A DNA stretch of 64,000 nt, taken from the NCBI GenBank assembly GCA_010093705.1, contig MU006097.1:135905-199904 (forward strand), written 5' to 3'. The notes beneath the pieces were generated by a model. The model was not told the DNA's origin. It did no database searches and worked only from the letters and a program-made list of their open reading frames with translations. Origin of the DNA: Patellaria atrata CBS 101060 (taxonomy: Eukaryota). Of this stretch, positions 1 through 12,159 are shown one piece after another. Both the position numbers and the translations under genes were made by a program. The stretch's first letter is position 1, and each line of letters begins with the position of its first letter.

Positions 1-1314
1 GGTACGTAAGAAGGCGCGAATGGGATGGTTAGCAATGGTGATTACTTATAATTTATATTGAACTGGTGGGACGTCAACCCAGGTGGAGTGTCGCGAAGGG
101 TTACTATGACGGGAAGAGAAAATAGCGTTCATTCATGGGTAGAACCAAAATTTCTAGGTAGCGATGCACGTGGACGTCAGAATTCATTGTTCACCCAATA
201 ACAAAAAGTACGGGTGTAGCGAAACCGCTTAGCACACAAAAAAGTGAAAATAAGCACAATCCTGAGTAACAATGATTGGATATATCAACGAGTTTTCTGA
301 GTGTTGGGAGATTGGGCGACGACCGCGAAGAGGTAAAGGAAAGGCGGGGCAATACAGTGGTAGGAATACTCCGTTCCTTTTATTAGAAAGAGACCTTATA
401 AAGTAGTTACTCTATACACAGGGGTTTTATTCTTATATAAAGCTTGTAGATATGCATCTGCAGCCTGCGAAGGTGATCATACCTCGCAGAAATGTAGTTT
501 TAGGTCGCAGAAAACTACCTTAGCTGAGGTCACGATCAAGAACTCTTTGACGGTCCAGTAACTGCTCTGTTACCTTACGTTTACTCTAGGCACCTATCAA
601 GGTGGTAATTTTCATTGTATAGTATAGGTACCTCCACTTAAGCGCTTGTAGACAGTTTCAAGACAGAGTTAGGGACTATTACTAAGTTAAATAGCCAAGG
701 TACAGAGTACCTCTACTCAATCCGACATTCTATAATACAGGTTACCTACGAGTAAACCCTAGAACTAACGACGTCAAGGTCTACTCATACTTCCAGGTTA
801 CCTTTTAGTCTCCTTATTACCGTCTGTGTCCTGCAGAAATAGTAACAGTTTGGCACAGGCTCTCGGTATTTTGATGAAGTTGAAAATAATCAAAATTAAA
901 AGGAATCCTAAGATACCTTGCCTTGCTTCCATTACCATGCTTAACAAGATGACGTGCACTTTCCACTTCTCTTCACGGAAAGCTTCTGGTGAGGTCGGGA
1001 GGTGAGTCGTGAGTTCTCGCTTGCCTGAGCGGACCGCCGTCGAGATCCGCCCTAGTTCTAGTTCCCAAGCTTGGCCTGCATGTGCTGCGTTGGAGTAACA
1101 GAGGGAGCTTCAACCTCCGCCGTCAACATTTGAAACCAGAGCTATTAACCAACTCAACTCATCCCACTTTGTGTTGCCCCATCGATATACATACCCGATC
1201 TGAGCCCATACCAATAGAACTTTCGCCTATCGCTATCGGTCCGGCCTTGCAGCTAGCTTGCAAGACGACGTCTCACTCTCGGTCCGCCGGCCTACTTGGC
1301 CTCCATTCAACAGT

Positions 1315-3340
1315 ATGGGCGTATCGTCCTTCTGTTCAGGCCTCTTTTCTCTTTGCTGTGGAGGTATTATGCTTCTTTCCCTCCACTTCGCTCCTGTAAC
1401 CGCTGATCTTCCCAATAGGCTCCTCTAAAGATGGCCTATACGATCCAGTGCTCGCTGATAGCGAACGCGAAGCCGTTGCAGACCTCCTAGGCTATCTCGA
1501 GAATGTATTACCTCCAATCATTGCTTTCATACGAATCATGAACTGATATCTTGTTATAGAGAGCTGATACCGACTTCTTCTCTGGCGAACCTCTGCAAGC
1601 ATTAAGCACCTTAGTCTATTCCGAGAATCTTGATCTACAACGAAGCGCCAGCTTGACATTCGCAGAAATAACGGAACGAGGTTCGACACATCCACCGGTC
1701 TATCGATATTATAACATCTAACTGTTTCTGGTATTATAGATGTACGCGAAGTTGACGAAAACACGCTGAACCCGATACTATTTCTCCTCCAGAATAGTGA
1801 TATAGAAGTACAAAGAGCAGCAAGCGCCGCCCTTGGGAACCTGGCTGTTAACAGTATGGACCGATACTAACGACTTGGAGAGAGTTGCTGACAGTTTGTA
1901 GACGAGAACAAAGTGAGGATTGTGGCTCTAGGAGGTTTACAGCCACTCATCAAACAGATGAATTCGACAAATGTTGAAGTTCAGTGTAATGCGGTGGGCT
2001 GCATCACGAATCTTGCGACTCATGAAGAAAACAAAGCCAAGATAGCAAAATCAGGAGCACTCACGCCCCTGACGAGACTTGCAAAGTCAAAAGACATGAG
2101 GGTGCAGAGAAACGCTACTGGCGCGTTACTGAACATGACCCATTCAGGTAAAAGCCCCAATTCGAATTAATCGATATGTACTGAACCTGTACTAATCGAT
2201 TCGCAGATGAAAACAGACAGCAGCTCGTTAATGCGGGAGCCATACCGGTGCTTGTCCAATTACTCGGGTCACCAGATACTGACGTTCAATATTACTGTAC
2301 TACGGCACTTAGTAACATTGCTGTTGACGCAGCAAACCGGAAGAAGCTGGCACAGAACGAAAACCGGCTAGTACAGTCACTTGTCCATCTCATGGACTCC
2401 TCTTCTCCAAAAGTACAATGCCAGGCCGCCCTAGCGCTGAGAAATCTTGCTTCGGACGAGAGATATCAATTAGAGATCGTTCGCGCCCGGGGTTTAACGT
2501 CTCTACTTCGACTACTACAATCATCCTATCTCCCTCTCATACTTTCCGCTGTTGCATGCATCAGAAACATCTCCATCCACCCCGCGAATGAGTCACCCAT
2601 CATCGATGCCGGGTTCTTGCGACCGCTCGTTGATCTCTTAGGTTCTACTGAGAACGAAGAGATCCAATGTCATGCCATATCAACGCTCCGTAACCTCGCA
2701 GCTAGTTCAGACCGTAACAAGCAGCTTGTTCTTGAAGCAGGTGCAGTGCAGAAATGCAAGCAGCTGGTTCTCAACGTACCTCTTAGCGTCCAGTCGGAAA
2801 TGACGGCGGCAATTGCAGTACTTGCATTAAGTGATGATCTAAAACCTCATTTGCTAAATCTAGGCGTATTCGATGTGCTCCTACCACTGACGGAATCGGA
2901 GAGCATTGAAGTTCAAGGTAACAGTGCCGCAGCGCTGGGAAATTTATCTTCGAAAGGTATTCTAAATCACCCAAAGCATAGAAATCAACTACTAAGATTA
3001 ACCTACAGTCGGTGATTATTCGATATTCTTGTCCAGTTGGACTGAACCTAGCGGCGGGATCCACGGTTATCTCCAGCGGTTCCTAGCTAGCGGAGATCCT
3101 ACATTCCAGCACATCGCGATCTGGACTTTATTACAACTTCTCGAATCTGGAGACTCACGGCTGGTTAATCTAATCAAGAAATCCAGCGAAATTATAGAAA
3201 TGGTTAAGGGCATAGCAGACCGCAACATCGAGTCTGACGATGAGGATAGTGAAGATGGCGAGGGAGAAGTTGTTAGTCTTGCACGCAAGTGTCTTGAAAT
3301 CATCCAACGTAGTGGTGAGAAAACTCTGGCTGAAGGGTGA
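1315..3340 (+). CDS. VAC8: Vacuolar armadillo-repeat protein Vac8 (multi-exon)
   Basis: ATG 1315 gives [16 protein letters not shown] (Gly2 plus Cys, acylation-type N-terminus); intron 1364-1418; then [29 protein letters not shown] and ARM repeats ([45 protein letters not shown]); TGA at 3338-3340. Confidence 0.96.
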
Positions 3341-3941
3341 TTCAACAAACATTCCCTTCAACCTGATATCTAACACTCTACCTCTTTGTTGCGCTTCTCC
3401 AATGATATCCCTTGCCTCTTTCACCGTTTCATACTGCCTATTAATATCCTTCCCTGGAGTACGGCGTCCATCAATTTTGCTTGAAAACATTCTTCAACGT
3501 TACAGCGTGCATGGACGGAGCAGGGCCGGGGACTTTCATATACCAGTTTTTATTATTATTCCTATATCTCTTGGTGGTTGATGGCTTATGTCTGTAGAGT
3601 TGAATACTGGCTTTGGAAAGGGAAGGAAATAGGCTAAGCCATTCTATAAGCATCTCTGTAATTGAATAGAATTGGGATTCGTAATCTTACCTGGTATCTT
3701 AATGTCAAGATTCTAAAAACTTTTTAAAATTGGAAGTTGCGGCAATATTTGTAGGAGGGGTCAACTACTTCACCTATTACCTTGGTCCATTAACTGTTAA
3801 CCTGGGAGTGGTACCTTAGAGACGGTTTTGTATTCCGTCATTTAGTACGTACCTTCCACAATCGTACATCACGAGAATTCTAAAATCATTAAGAGCACAT
3901 CCAATTCAACCCCAAGAAGCCATTAGCATTACTGGGCTGCC

Positions 3942-5517
3942 ATGGACCCGGTCAATGCGGCCAACTTTCCAGGCTTCTTCCTCACTTTAGAGGAGGCATT
4001 GCGAAGGATGAGCTCAAAATCTGCGGTAAGCTCTCGATGAATCTTCCAAGTTCACATTTTTCCATCCACATGCTCCAGTTCCCAACACATCATGTCGGAC
4101 AAACTATCTCGCCCTCAATACGGCGCTCTTGATAGAAGCACTGACTAAACTGCATGATGCATCACAGAAGACCTCGACACCGTCTAGGCGAACCCAGCGG
4201 CCTAATTGCACCCATACAACAATGGAGCGTACCTACGGTAATCATCAGTGCCTACTTTGCGGGGCCAGACCACAGTTAGGCTGGGTCTACGCGTGCACGC
4301 AAGATCGTACTGCTGCAGAAACACCTGGCAGTACGACTGCTGCGACTCCCAGCGCCTCAGATTTATGCGGCAAGTCCATTTTGCGTGTGAACCTTGAAAA
4401 AGCTGGCTTGAGCGAATCTTTAATCCTTCAGGCGGAAGCTGGATGTTACACGGAAGAGCAAATTACTCAGCTTAGACACCAGAAAGCGCAAGTCAAGGCT
4501 CAGATTATTGCTGTCAGTATCGTGGAGGGCTCAGCGAACGAGTCATACCAATATCGAGATGTCACTTCTTCGTTGATCGCCCAACATGGAGCATCAATTA
4601 CTGGTCAACCCGCACAATTGCCGTCGCCACCGTCAAGTCCGGAACGATCCACCCCGAAGAAGAATAAACGCAAGTCCAGTCCATTATCCTGTAACTTCCG
4701 TTGTTGTCACAACTGCCGTCCTTACTACCGTGACCGAATCTACTCATCCTTTGACGCCGTCTTTGCTAACGAAGTTCCCCCACTTACGCATACACAATTG
4801 CAAACACTTCCCGTTCAACCAGCAGAAATTGTTGCCAACTTAGGTCTACGAACTACTTACCCGAATTCTAGCGACGAACTTGACGCATCTATAACCACGG
4901 ATTCTATGTCGTATGATACCCCATCGAACACATCATCCGAGGAGGAAGTTATCCGTCAATCCATCCAGACAGCAGAAAAAATGTATAGTTTACGACGTAG
5001 CGAAAGTAGCGGTGGCAGTGGTAGACCTGGAGGCGAGACACCGATTGGAGAAGGTGCCTCAGGATTACGCACACGACTCAAGAAGGCATTCCAAAACGCT
5101 ATTCGCCCAACTAGAGAGAGCTCAAGCGATGGATCAAGTATCACACTTCCACTTCCTGGTACAAGCAAGATGCGGGACATGTCGGAGGGAACCGATGAAT
5201 TTGATTTAGGATCTATCAGACGTAGGCTTAGGGGAGAGAAATCAAAGAAGACCAAATACAACTCTGCCAATAGAAGCGGGCCTGTAGAGGCTCGCTCAAG
5301 CACCACTTGGGATGGACTAAACGGGACAATGATTGAGGGACCATACAAAGGGGAGATTGCTGTGTCGTTGACTGAGAACGGGACTATGCTACCAATGGAG
5401 CACAGCGAACCAGATGCGGTTTCCGAGGCTGGCAGCGAGATTGAAGTCCAAGGAGGACTGGCTCTAACAGAGGAGGCGGTAGAGATGCATACACCTGATA
5501 TCATCACACAAGGTTGA
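3942..5517 (+). CDS. Uncharacterised protein with two Cys/His clusters and a Ser-rich disordered C-terminus
   Basis: Exon 1 3942-4025 (MDPVNAANF...SKSA), intron 4026-4167 (GTAAGC..CAG), in frame with ORF 4129-5517; motifs CTH..CLLC..WVYAC and CNFRCCHNCRP. Confidence 0.8.
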
Positions 5518-6173
5518 AGATTATCACAGCTGGAGAAGAGTCAAAACACTATCTCGGAAGATTCAAAAATAGTAGTAACGTTCTACGCCTGTGAATAGGA
5601 TGGAATATTTTCTGAGGTCGATACGCTCATTCGAATGGAGGCGGAAATGAGAAAGGTCAACAACAACGAGTCCAACATGTATTACGTACGATGATAGAAC
5701 TAGCCCGATAGATGGATTCTCACCTGCCACATGATCATAGTCGGCTATATCAGCAAACACCTCAACGAATGGATGAATACTCGCAAGTCACACTATCACC
5801 GCCCTAATACTGCGAAAATGTGTAATAAAATCCCTGTCTTTACTGCATTTGGTTCTACTTCTTTTCGAATCCGTCTTGCTAAGCATTGGGATTTACAAAG
5901 TTATTTGATATTAGGCTGAGGAGCAGAAAATCATGAACAACGAGTGGTTCGAATCAGCATGTTCAGGAGTGGAATACTGTACTTAATGACCTTTATATAC
6001 ACACGTTTGACGTCTAATTTGTCTTTGTGAAATTTCCTCCTAAGGTTTAGTTGCAACCTCACGGTCTTGGCATGCGTTTTGTTCGTCGCCACATCCCGTC
6101 AGAGCTTGAAGCTTTAACTTACAACCTCAACTTTGAACAGCTTATTCATAAAGAGGTTTACACCTCAGTCAAG

Positions 6174-7813
6174 ATGTTGTGCGCAAGTGAGTCTATACTA
6201 TAATAGGAATCATATTTACAATTCAAAGCTAATGATCAAATACAGTCTCCGGGGAAGCTCCAGAAGTCCCAGTCGCTTCGCGCAAGAGTGGTCAGTCACA
6301 TATCATTCGTGTCGCGTCCAGTATCTAATACGGCCTATAGGAAATGTTTTCGAAAAGCGCCTCATTGAAGCTTATATTGCAGAGCATGGCACAGATCCGG
6401 TCAACGGCGAAGAACTATCAATTGAGGACCTCGTTGAACTTAAAACTGCTCGGGTTGTGCGGCCGCGACCCCCGACGATGACCTCTATACCATCACTTCT
6501 CTCTGCATTTCAGAATGAGTGGGATGCGCTAGCACTGGAGACATACACTTTGAAGCAGCAATTGGCACAAACACGGCAGGAACTGAGCACAGCTTTATAT
6601 CAACATGACGCCGCAGTAAGAGTGATCGCCAGGGTGGTCAAAGAACGTGATGAGGCTCGGGACGCCTTGTCGAAGATCACCATCAGCGCTGGGAGCGGGG
6701 CCTCGAATGGGGACGCGATGCAGGTAGACGGTGCATCTTTACCTGATGCTCTTGTGGAAAAGATTGATGAAACACACTTGAGGTATGTCACTTGGCGCGC
6801 TATTCTGGTATGAGATTTCTAAATAGAGATAGGTTGTCGAGCACAAGGAGAAAACGACCGGTCCCTGAGGACTGGGCAACTGAAGAAAATATTCAATCGT
6901 TCGAATCTACTCTTACCACTGATCCCGTCGCCCCTGGAAGTAGGACACTAGCCTTGAATCAAGCTGGGGACATGGCCCTTCTTGGCGGCGAAGAAGGATC
7001 GGCTACGCTATATTCCCTTCCACAAAAGGCGGTCACAGGAACTTTGGATCTGGAAAAGGGTATTGCTACAGATGGGCTCTGGTGGAATGATCGACAAGTT
7101 GTAGCAACCTCAACAGGTGCTGTCAAAGTCTTTGAGGATGTCAAAGAGATCGCTCAGCTGGGGTCGCATGCTGGTGCTGCGACAGCTGTTTCATTACATC
7201 CTTGTGGAGACCTTTTGGCGTCTACAGGTGTAGACAAATCGTATATGCTATATGACCTAAGTACTATGAAAGTAGTATCTCACATATTCACAGAAACAGG
7301 TCTGTTTCGGCCAAGAACATCGTTACAAGGATTTTTACTAATATCTTTATAGAATTGACTTGTGGCGAGTTTCATCCAGATGGACATCTCTTTGCAGCTG
7401 GTGGCCGCAACGGTGAAATCAAAGTCTTTGACGTCAAAACAGGACAAAACGTTGCGAACTTTGATGCAGAAGGTCCAGTCCAAGCGTTTTCCTTTTCTGA
7501 AAATGGTACTTGGTTTGCGGTGGCTACCAAGGGGGAAACCAGCGTGCAGATATGGGATATACGCAAATCAAAGATCAATCAGATAGATGTGGGCACTTCG
7601 GTAAATGATCTCAAATGGGACTACACGGCCCGATTTCTTGCTGCTGCTGGGTCGGGATCGGTGGCGGTCTTGCAGTACACGAAGGCTTCGAAGAGTTGGT
7701 CGGAGCCGATTAGAAAGGCAGTATCTGCAAACGCGTTGCATTGGGGAGTAAATGCCAAATCTTTGGTGTTACTTGAGTCCAGCGGGTCTCTTAACGTGTT
7801 GAGCTCGTTTTAA
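6174..7813 (+). CDS. PRP19: U-box/WD40 splicing factor Prp19 (Cwf8)
   Basis: MLCAI|SGEAPEVPVASRKSG|NVFEKRLIEAYI U-box, coiled coil SIPSLLSAFQNEWDALALETYTLKQQL...ELSTALYQHDAAVRVIAR, then WD40 repeats (FHPDGHLFAAG, FSENGTW). Confidence 0.96.
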
Positions 7814-8837
7814 AAAGGATGTATGAGATTACAGTTTATTTCTTTGGGCTTTTGCAGGGCATTTCGATAATGTACTATATTTCTTTTGGTGAGATCAAAC
7901 CAGCGTTGTGCATGTATGTTTCGTTTGCCAGTGGCAGATACCGACTGGTAGGTTGGATCTCCAGAGAAATAGAGAATGAGAATGAGAATGTTTGAGACGG
8001 TAATAGTGATAATTTGTTCACATCGGTGATATGGTTCCTAGAGGTAAAGTCCGGGTTGTGTTTGATGTCGGAGAGCGCTTGCATCCGGCAAAGTTCACAT
8101 GCTGAACCTATTGCTGTTAGCGCCGCGCCCGATTGTTTCTGGATGGTAAACACGAGGTCAGTTCGGATTACTCTTGAAATTGGTTTCCCCATGCCCTTTG
8201 TGAAATTGGCCACGACGGCAGTCTGCTAAAGAGAAGCGTTGACCCGGACGAGGAGGATGAATGTCGACATCAACAACAAGAATAATGGAAAGCCGTACTC
8301 CTATTAGTCAGTGCTCCGCTCCGAAGCGGGAGCGACTTCGAGGAAGGTTTTTGTCCTTGTCATGTTCACACTCCCACGTGGTTCACAAAATAATTGATAC
8401 ACCAAAATTCAACTATATTCTAGCTACGATAAGTTTGCAGTAACACGAGATAAAATAAATATCTTTCCAAAAGAACGGTTAGAGCTGCTTATACTCTATA
8501 CTATCTAGCTTTCAGATTTTTAAAATGTTATGTTGTCGTAAACCTATCGCGACGCGAAATCACCGACTTTTGTAAAGTTGGTCGATTTTGGTGAGGCGAG
8601 GGCCTTTTGGTGTATCAAATATTTTGTGAACCACGTGACTCCTTTGGTCAATCGGTAGCAGAACCTCTACCTTTAATCTGCTCTACCGCCAACCGTTCGC
8701 CAACGCCTCCTCACACTTCCACCGCTCCACCGCACCACAACGAACTCACTGCTTTTCCTTCAACCTCTACCTTTTCTTTTCTTTACATTATCTCCTTCTT
8801 ACCCCCTTTCCCCTCTCAAGAGAAGTGCAATCCGGTT

Positions 8838-10229
8838 ATGGAACGGCACCACCATAGAGGAGACTATCATCCATTCAAGGTACGTTATTCCTCACCCTCA
8901 GTCCTCTCCAGCAACGGATTAAGAAGAATGTTGTACAACTCTCGCTACAACGTAACCTTCATTGACGGTTATCGACTTGGTTTCCTCACAGAGAACATAC
9001 GACGACATGGAGCGCTATAATGACCACTCCCACCGCGGCTCCTCGACACTTCCCTTCTACGCATCACGGAGCCCGTCCGTTACCGGCACGTCTAGGTTGA
9101 TGCCTGAATCACGCCCTCCACAACATTCTTTTCGACTGCAATTACCTCCTCTACCTGGTCAACCCAGCTACAGAGACCAACCGCTTCCTTTCCAATCGCA
9201 TGAAAATTCCGGTTTCAACATGGAAAACACTCGACCACCTACTGCACAGTCTGGCGTTGAAGCAGCTACAATCATCGACCTTACAAGTGATTCGGAGGAC
9301 CAACCTGAATCTATACGTACTCCGTCCATATCTCGGGGGAACCACTTCGCTCGCGTGCCTGGACTGCCTCGTTACCACAGAGAAATCATAGATCTTTCGG
9401 AAGATACGCCGCCCAATCGTGCGCCTTCAGAAGCGGAACCGCAGCAAATACCACCATCGAGCCCGGATATCCAGTTTATAGCCTCACGCCCACGAAGCGT
9501 ACCCCGCAACAACCCTCGAGAAGACCATTTCATGTTTACTTTCCCCAACGATGACGACGACAACGATCTCGAAGGATTAGTCGGCAATATTGGGCATGGT
9601 TATGCGAATAGGAATGGTGGCGGGCTCCCCACAGGGTTTGACGCTCGAACGGTCTACGACAGGAGTGTACGCATGAGCCGTCTCGTTCAGCGACTCAACG
9701 GCCGAGCGCGACATGGGAGGACACATAGGCACAGAGATACCGGGCCTGTGGGGATTACTGGGTTCGGCCACAATTTCCCCATATTCGCGCCTCCGCCGAA
9801 CCTAGATATGACGCTCGTCGGCTTCGACATGGGCCTTAGATCACCATCACCGCCTCCGCTGCATACATACGATACCCCTTCTGCAGCTCCCGATGGATTT
9901 ACGAGGAGCCCAGAGGAGACCGATGTTCTCATCTGTCCCAATTGCTCTGACGAGCTTTGCACCGGCGATTCTGACCTTAAAAAACAAGTCTGGATTTCCA
10001 AAACTTGTGGACATGTAAGTTTACCATCCCGGACTCATCGGTTTCCAGATTGCTAACCGCTGTCCAGGTTTACTGCGGTGAATGTACGCAGAACCGCTTC
10101 ACCAGCAACAGAACGAAGAGAAAGGGCAAACAACCTGCTTCAATGGCACCGGCATTCAAGGCTTGCGTGGTTGTCGGATGCGATAAAATGCTCAGTCGCA
10201 AGAGCCAGATGATACAACTCTTTTTATAG
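8838..10229 (+). CDS. RING-finger protein with SUMO-interacting motifs (STUbL-like, Rfp/Slx5/RNF4 type)
   Basis: Exon 8838-8879, intron 8880-8991 in frame with ORF 8962-10056, second intron near 10015-10068. SIM-like IIDLT, IIDLS, IQFI; C-terminal CPNC...CGH|VYCGEC...CVVVGC RING pattern. An alternative start at the ATG near 9007 is possible. Confidence 0.78.
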
Positions 10230-10735
10230 TGCCCCTTTCCCAACAACCGCTGTAAAACACTCCCTCTCCAAAGATCTAAATTTCGCTGTAAATCAGTTGG
10301 GTATCTAAGGTATATAATAGCATGGTTAAGGCTCATAGGATTAGGGGTGGTTAATATCGGAGTTGTGATATGCATAGCTACGGCGTTTTCCGATTATCCT
10401 TTTACTTTTTATGAGCGAATAGGGATCAGCATTGTATTCATATACCAGGGGCGGCTAAATATGAGCGAGGATTTGAATGATCAATTATGATTTTGAATCT
10501 CAAAATAGTGCTCGTTCACATATGGTAGAAGTGACGCTTGTTGACTCGATTCTTCAAGGGGTGATGTGATGCCAAGCACTTCCAGAGCTTCAACCTTGCT
10601 CCAAAATCCATAACTACTTCTCGTCCCAGCTTCAACAAAATCTCAAACTCCGCTCATTCCCAATCTTTCGTCTCCTCGATCTCCTCAACACACCATACCT
10701 CTCCATCAAACCATACCCCCATCCTTCACCCGAGC

Positions 10736-11620
10736 ATGTCCACCGCCCAACCACCACCGGCGAAGAGCTCGTCAGGCGCACGCAATGCCTACCTGATCGC
10801 CTACAACGCGCTCTCCACGATGCTCTGGACGAGCGTGCTCTCCAAGACCGTAACCACGATCACGACAAAGGGCGCCGGCAGCGTCTTCTCTGAGACCGGG
10901 GAATGGGCGAAAACGGTGCAGACGGGCGCGGTGCTAGAGGTGTTGCATTGTTTAGTCGGTAGGTTCTGAGCTCTCAACCCCCATCCTCTTCCCTTGTCCT
11001 GATTCAGTTGGGCTAATGGTGTGGATTGTCTGTGTAGGTCTCGTGCGCGCCCCGCTGGTCACGACCGGGATGCAAGTCGCGTCCCGCCTCCTGCTCGTGT
11101 GGGGAATCGGACATCAGTTCCCGCAAGCCGTGGGTGGGAGCCCGGCGTATGCGAGTATGTTGGTCGCGTGGGCGTGCTCCGAGGTCATTAGGTATCCGTA
11201 TTTTGTGTTTAACCTGCTGGGGGATGTGCCGGGGTTGGTGGAGTGGTTGAGGTGAGTTCTTTTCCTCATATTTCAAAGGAATAGATCGGGGAGATTGAAG
11301 GGAGTTATGAACGCCGTTAATCTAGTATCGTCGGGCTAATTGGTGTAGGTATAATGCTTTTTTCGTGCTATATCCCATGGGGATCGCGAGTGAATGCTGG
11401 CTCATCTTTCAAGCGATTGAACCGGCGTCAAGGCAGAACCCACTCTTCGGCTATGGCCTGTGGGCTATCCTGGCAACATATGTACCAGGTAAGAGAAAGG
11501 CGTCATGGTTCGATTGGAATAGATAACTGACGTTTCACAGGGGCGTACATTCTATACACGCATATGATGGCTCAACGAAGGAGAATTATGCGTGGGAAGG
11601 GCAGAGCGAAGATGCAATGA
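10736..11620 (+). CDS. PHS1: Very-long-chain 3-hydroxyacyl-CoA dehydratase (PTPLA/Phs1)
   Basis: YLIAYN, VQTGAVLEVLH, TTGMQVASR, AWACSEVIRYPY, WLR|YNAFFVLYPMGIASE, YVPG|AYILYTHMMAQRRR; 4 exons; TGA 11618-11620. Confidence 0.93.
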
Positions 11621-12159
11621 TGTGTAAGCTGTGGAAAAAAAAGGGCTTTCGCGTCGAAAATAAATTCATGTATTCTACAATTGCGCCTACCTGCCTTGCA
11701 GTTCTCCCATGTATATGTAGGCATTTAGCAGCTCCTTAGATTTCTATCATCACACGAATTGTCCAGAAAGGGACCATTTCAACGCTAGCTCAGCCCTACG
11801 GTAAAGTTCATGCAGGCGCAGGGTTCACGTCGATCTCACCTGTCTTATCGCGCCTTGGCATCTCGCGTTACCATCTATTCTAAAGATAGATTAGAAAATT
11901 AAGCACTACTATTTTATTCAAACTACTTCCTCATCATCTCTCTGTAGACGACAGTATGCGAATAAGATAGATATCAAATAACGCAATTCCACCCTACCCG
12001 ATCCGTCGTCCGTCTAAATATAGGATTAAACGCTCAAGCCCAGGGTCTTACCTTAACAAGGAGCTTTGACCACTCAAGTTCAAAAGGCTCCCATCTCAAC
12101 TCCATCCAGCTTCCCAACATGGCGACAGCGTCACAATAACGCCTACACAGAGTGCGAGC

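Noticed and set aside
4956..5507. 183-aa minus-strand ORF
   Set aside because: Antisense shadow of the 3942-5517 gene.
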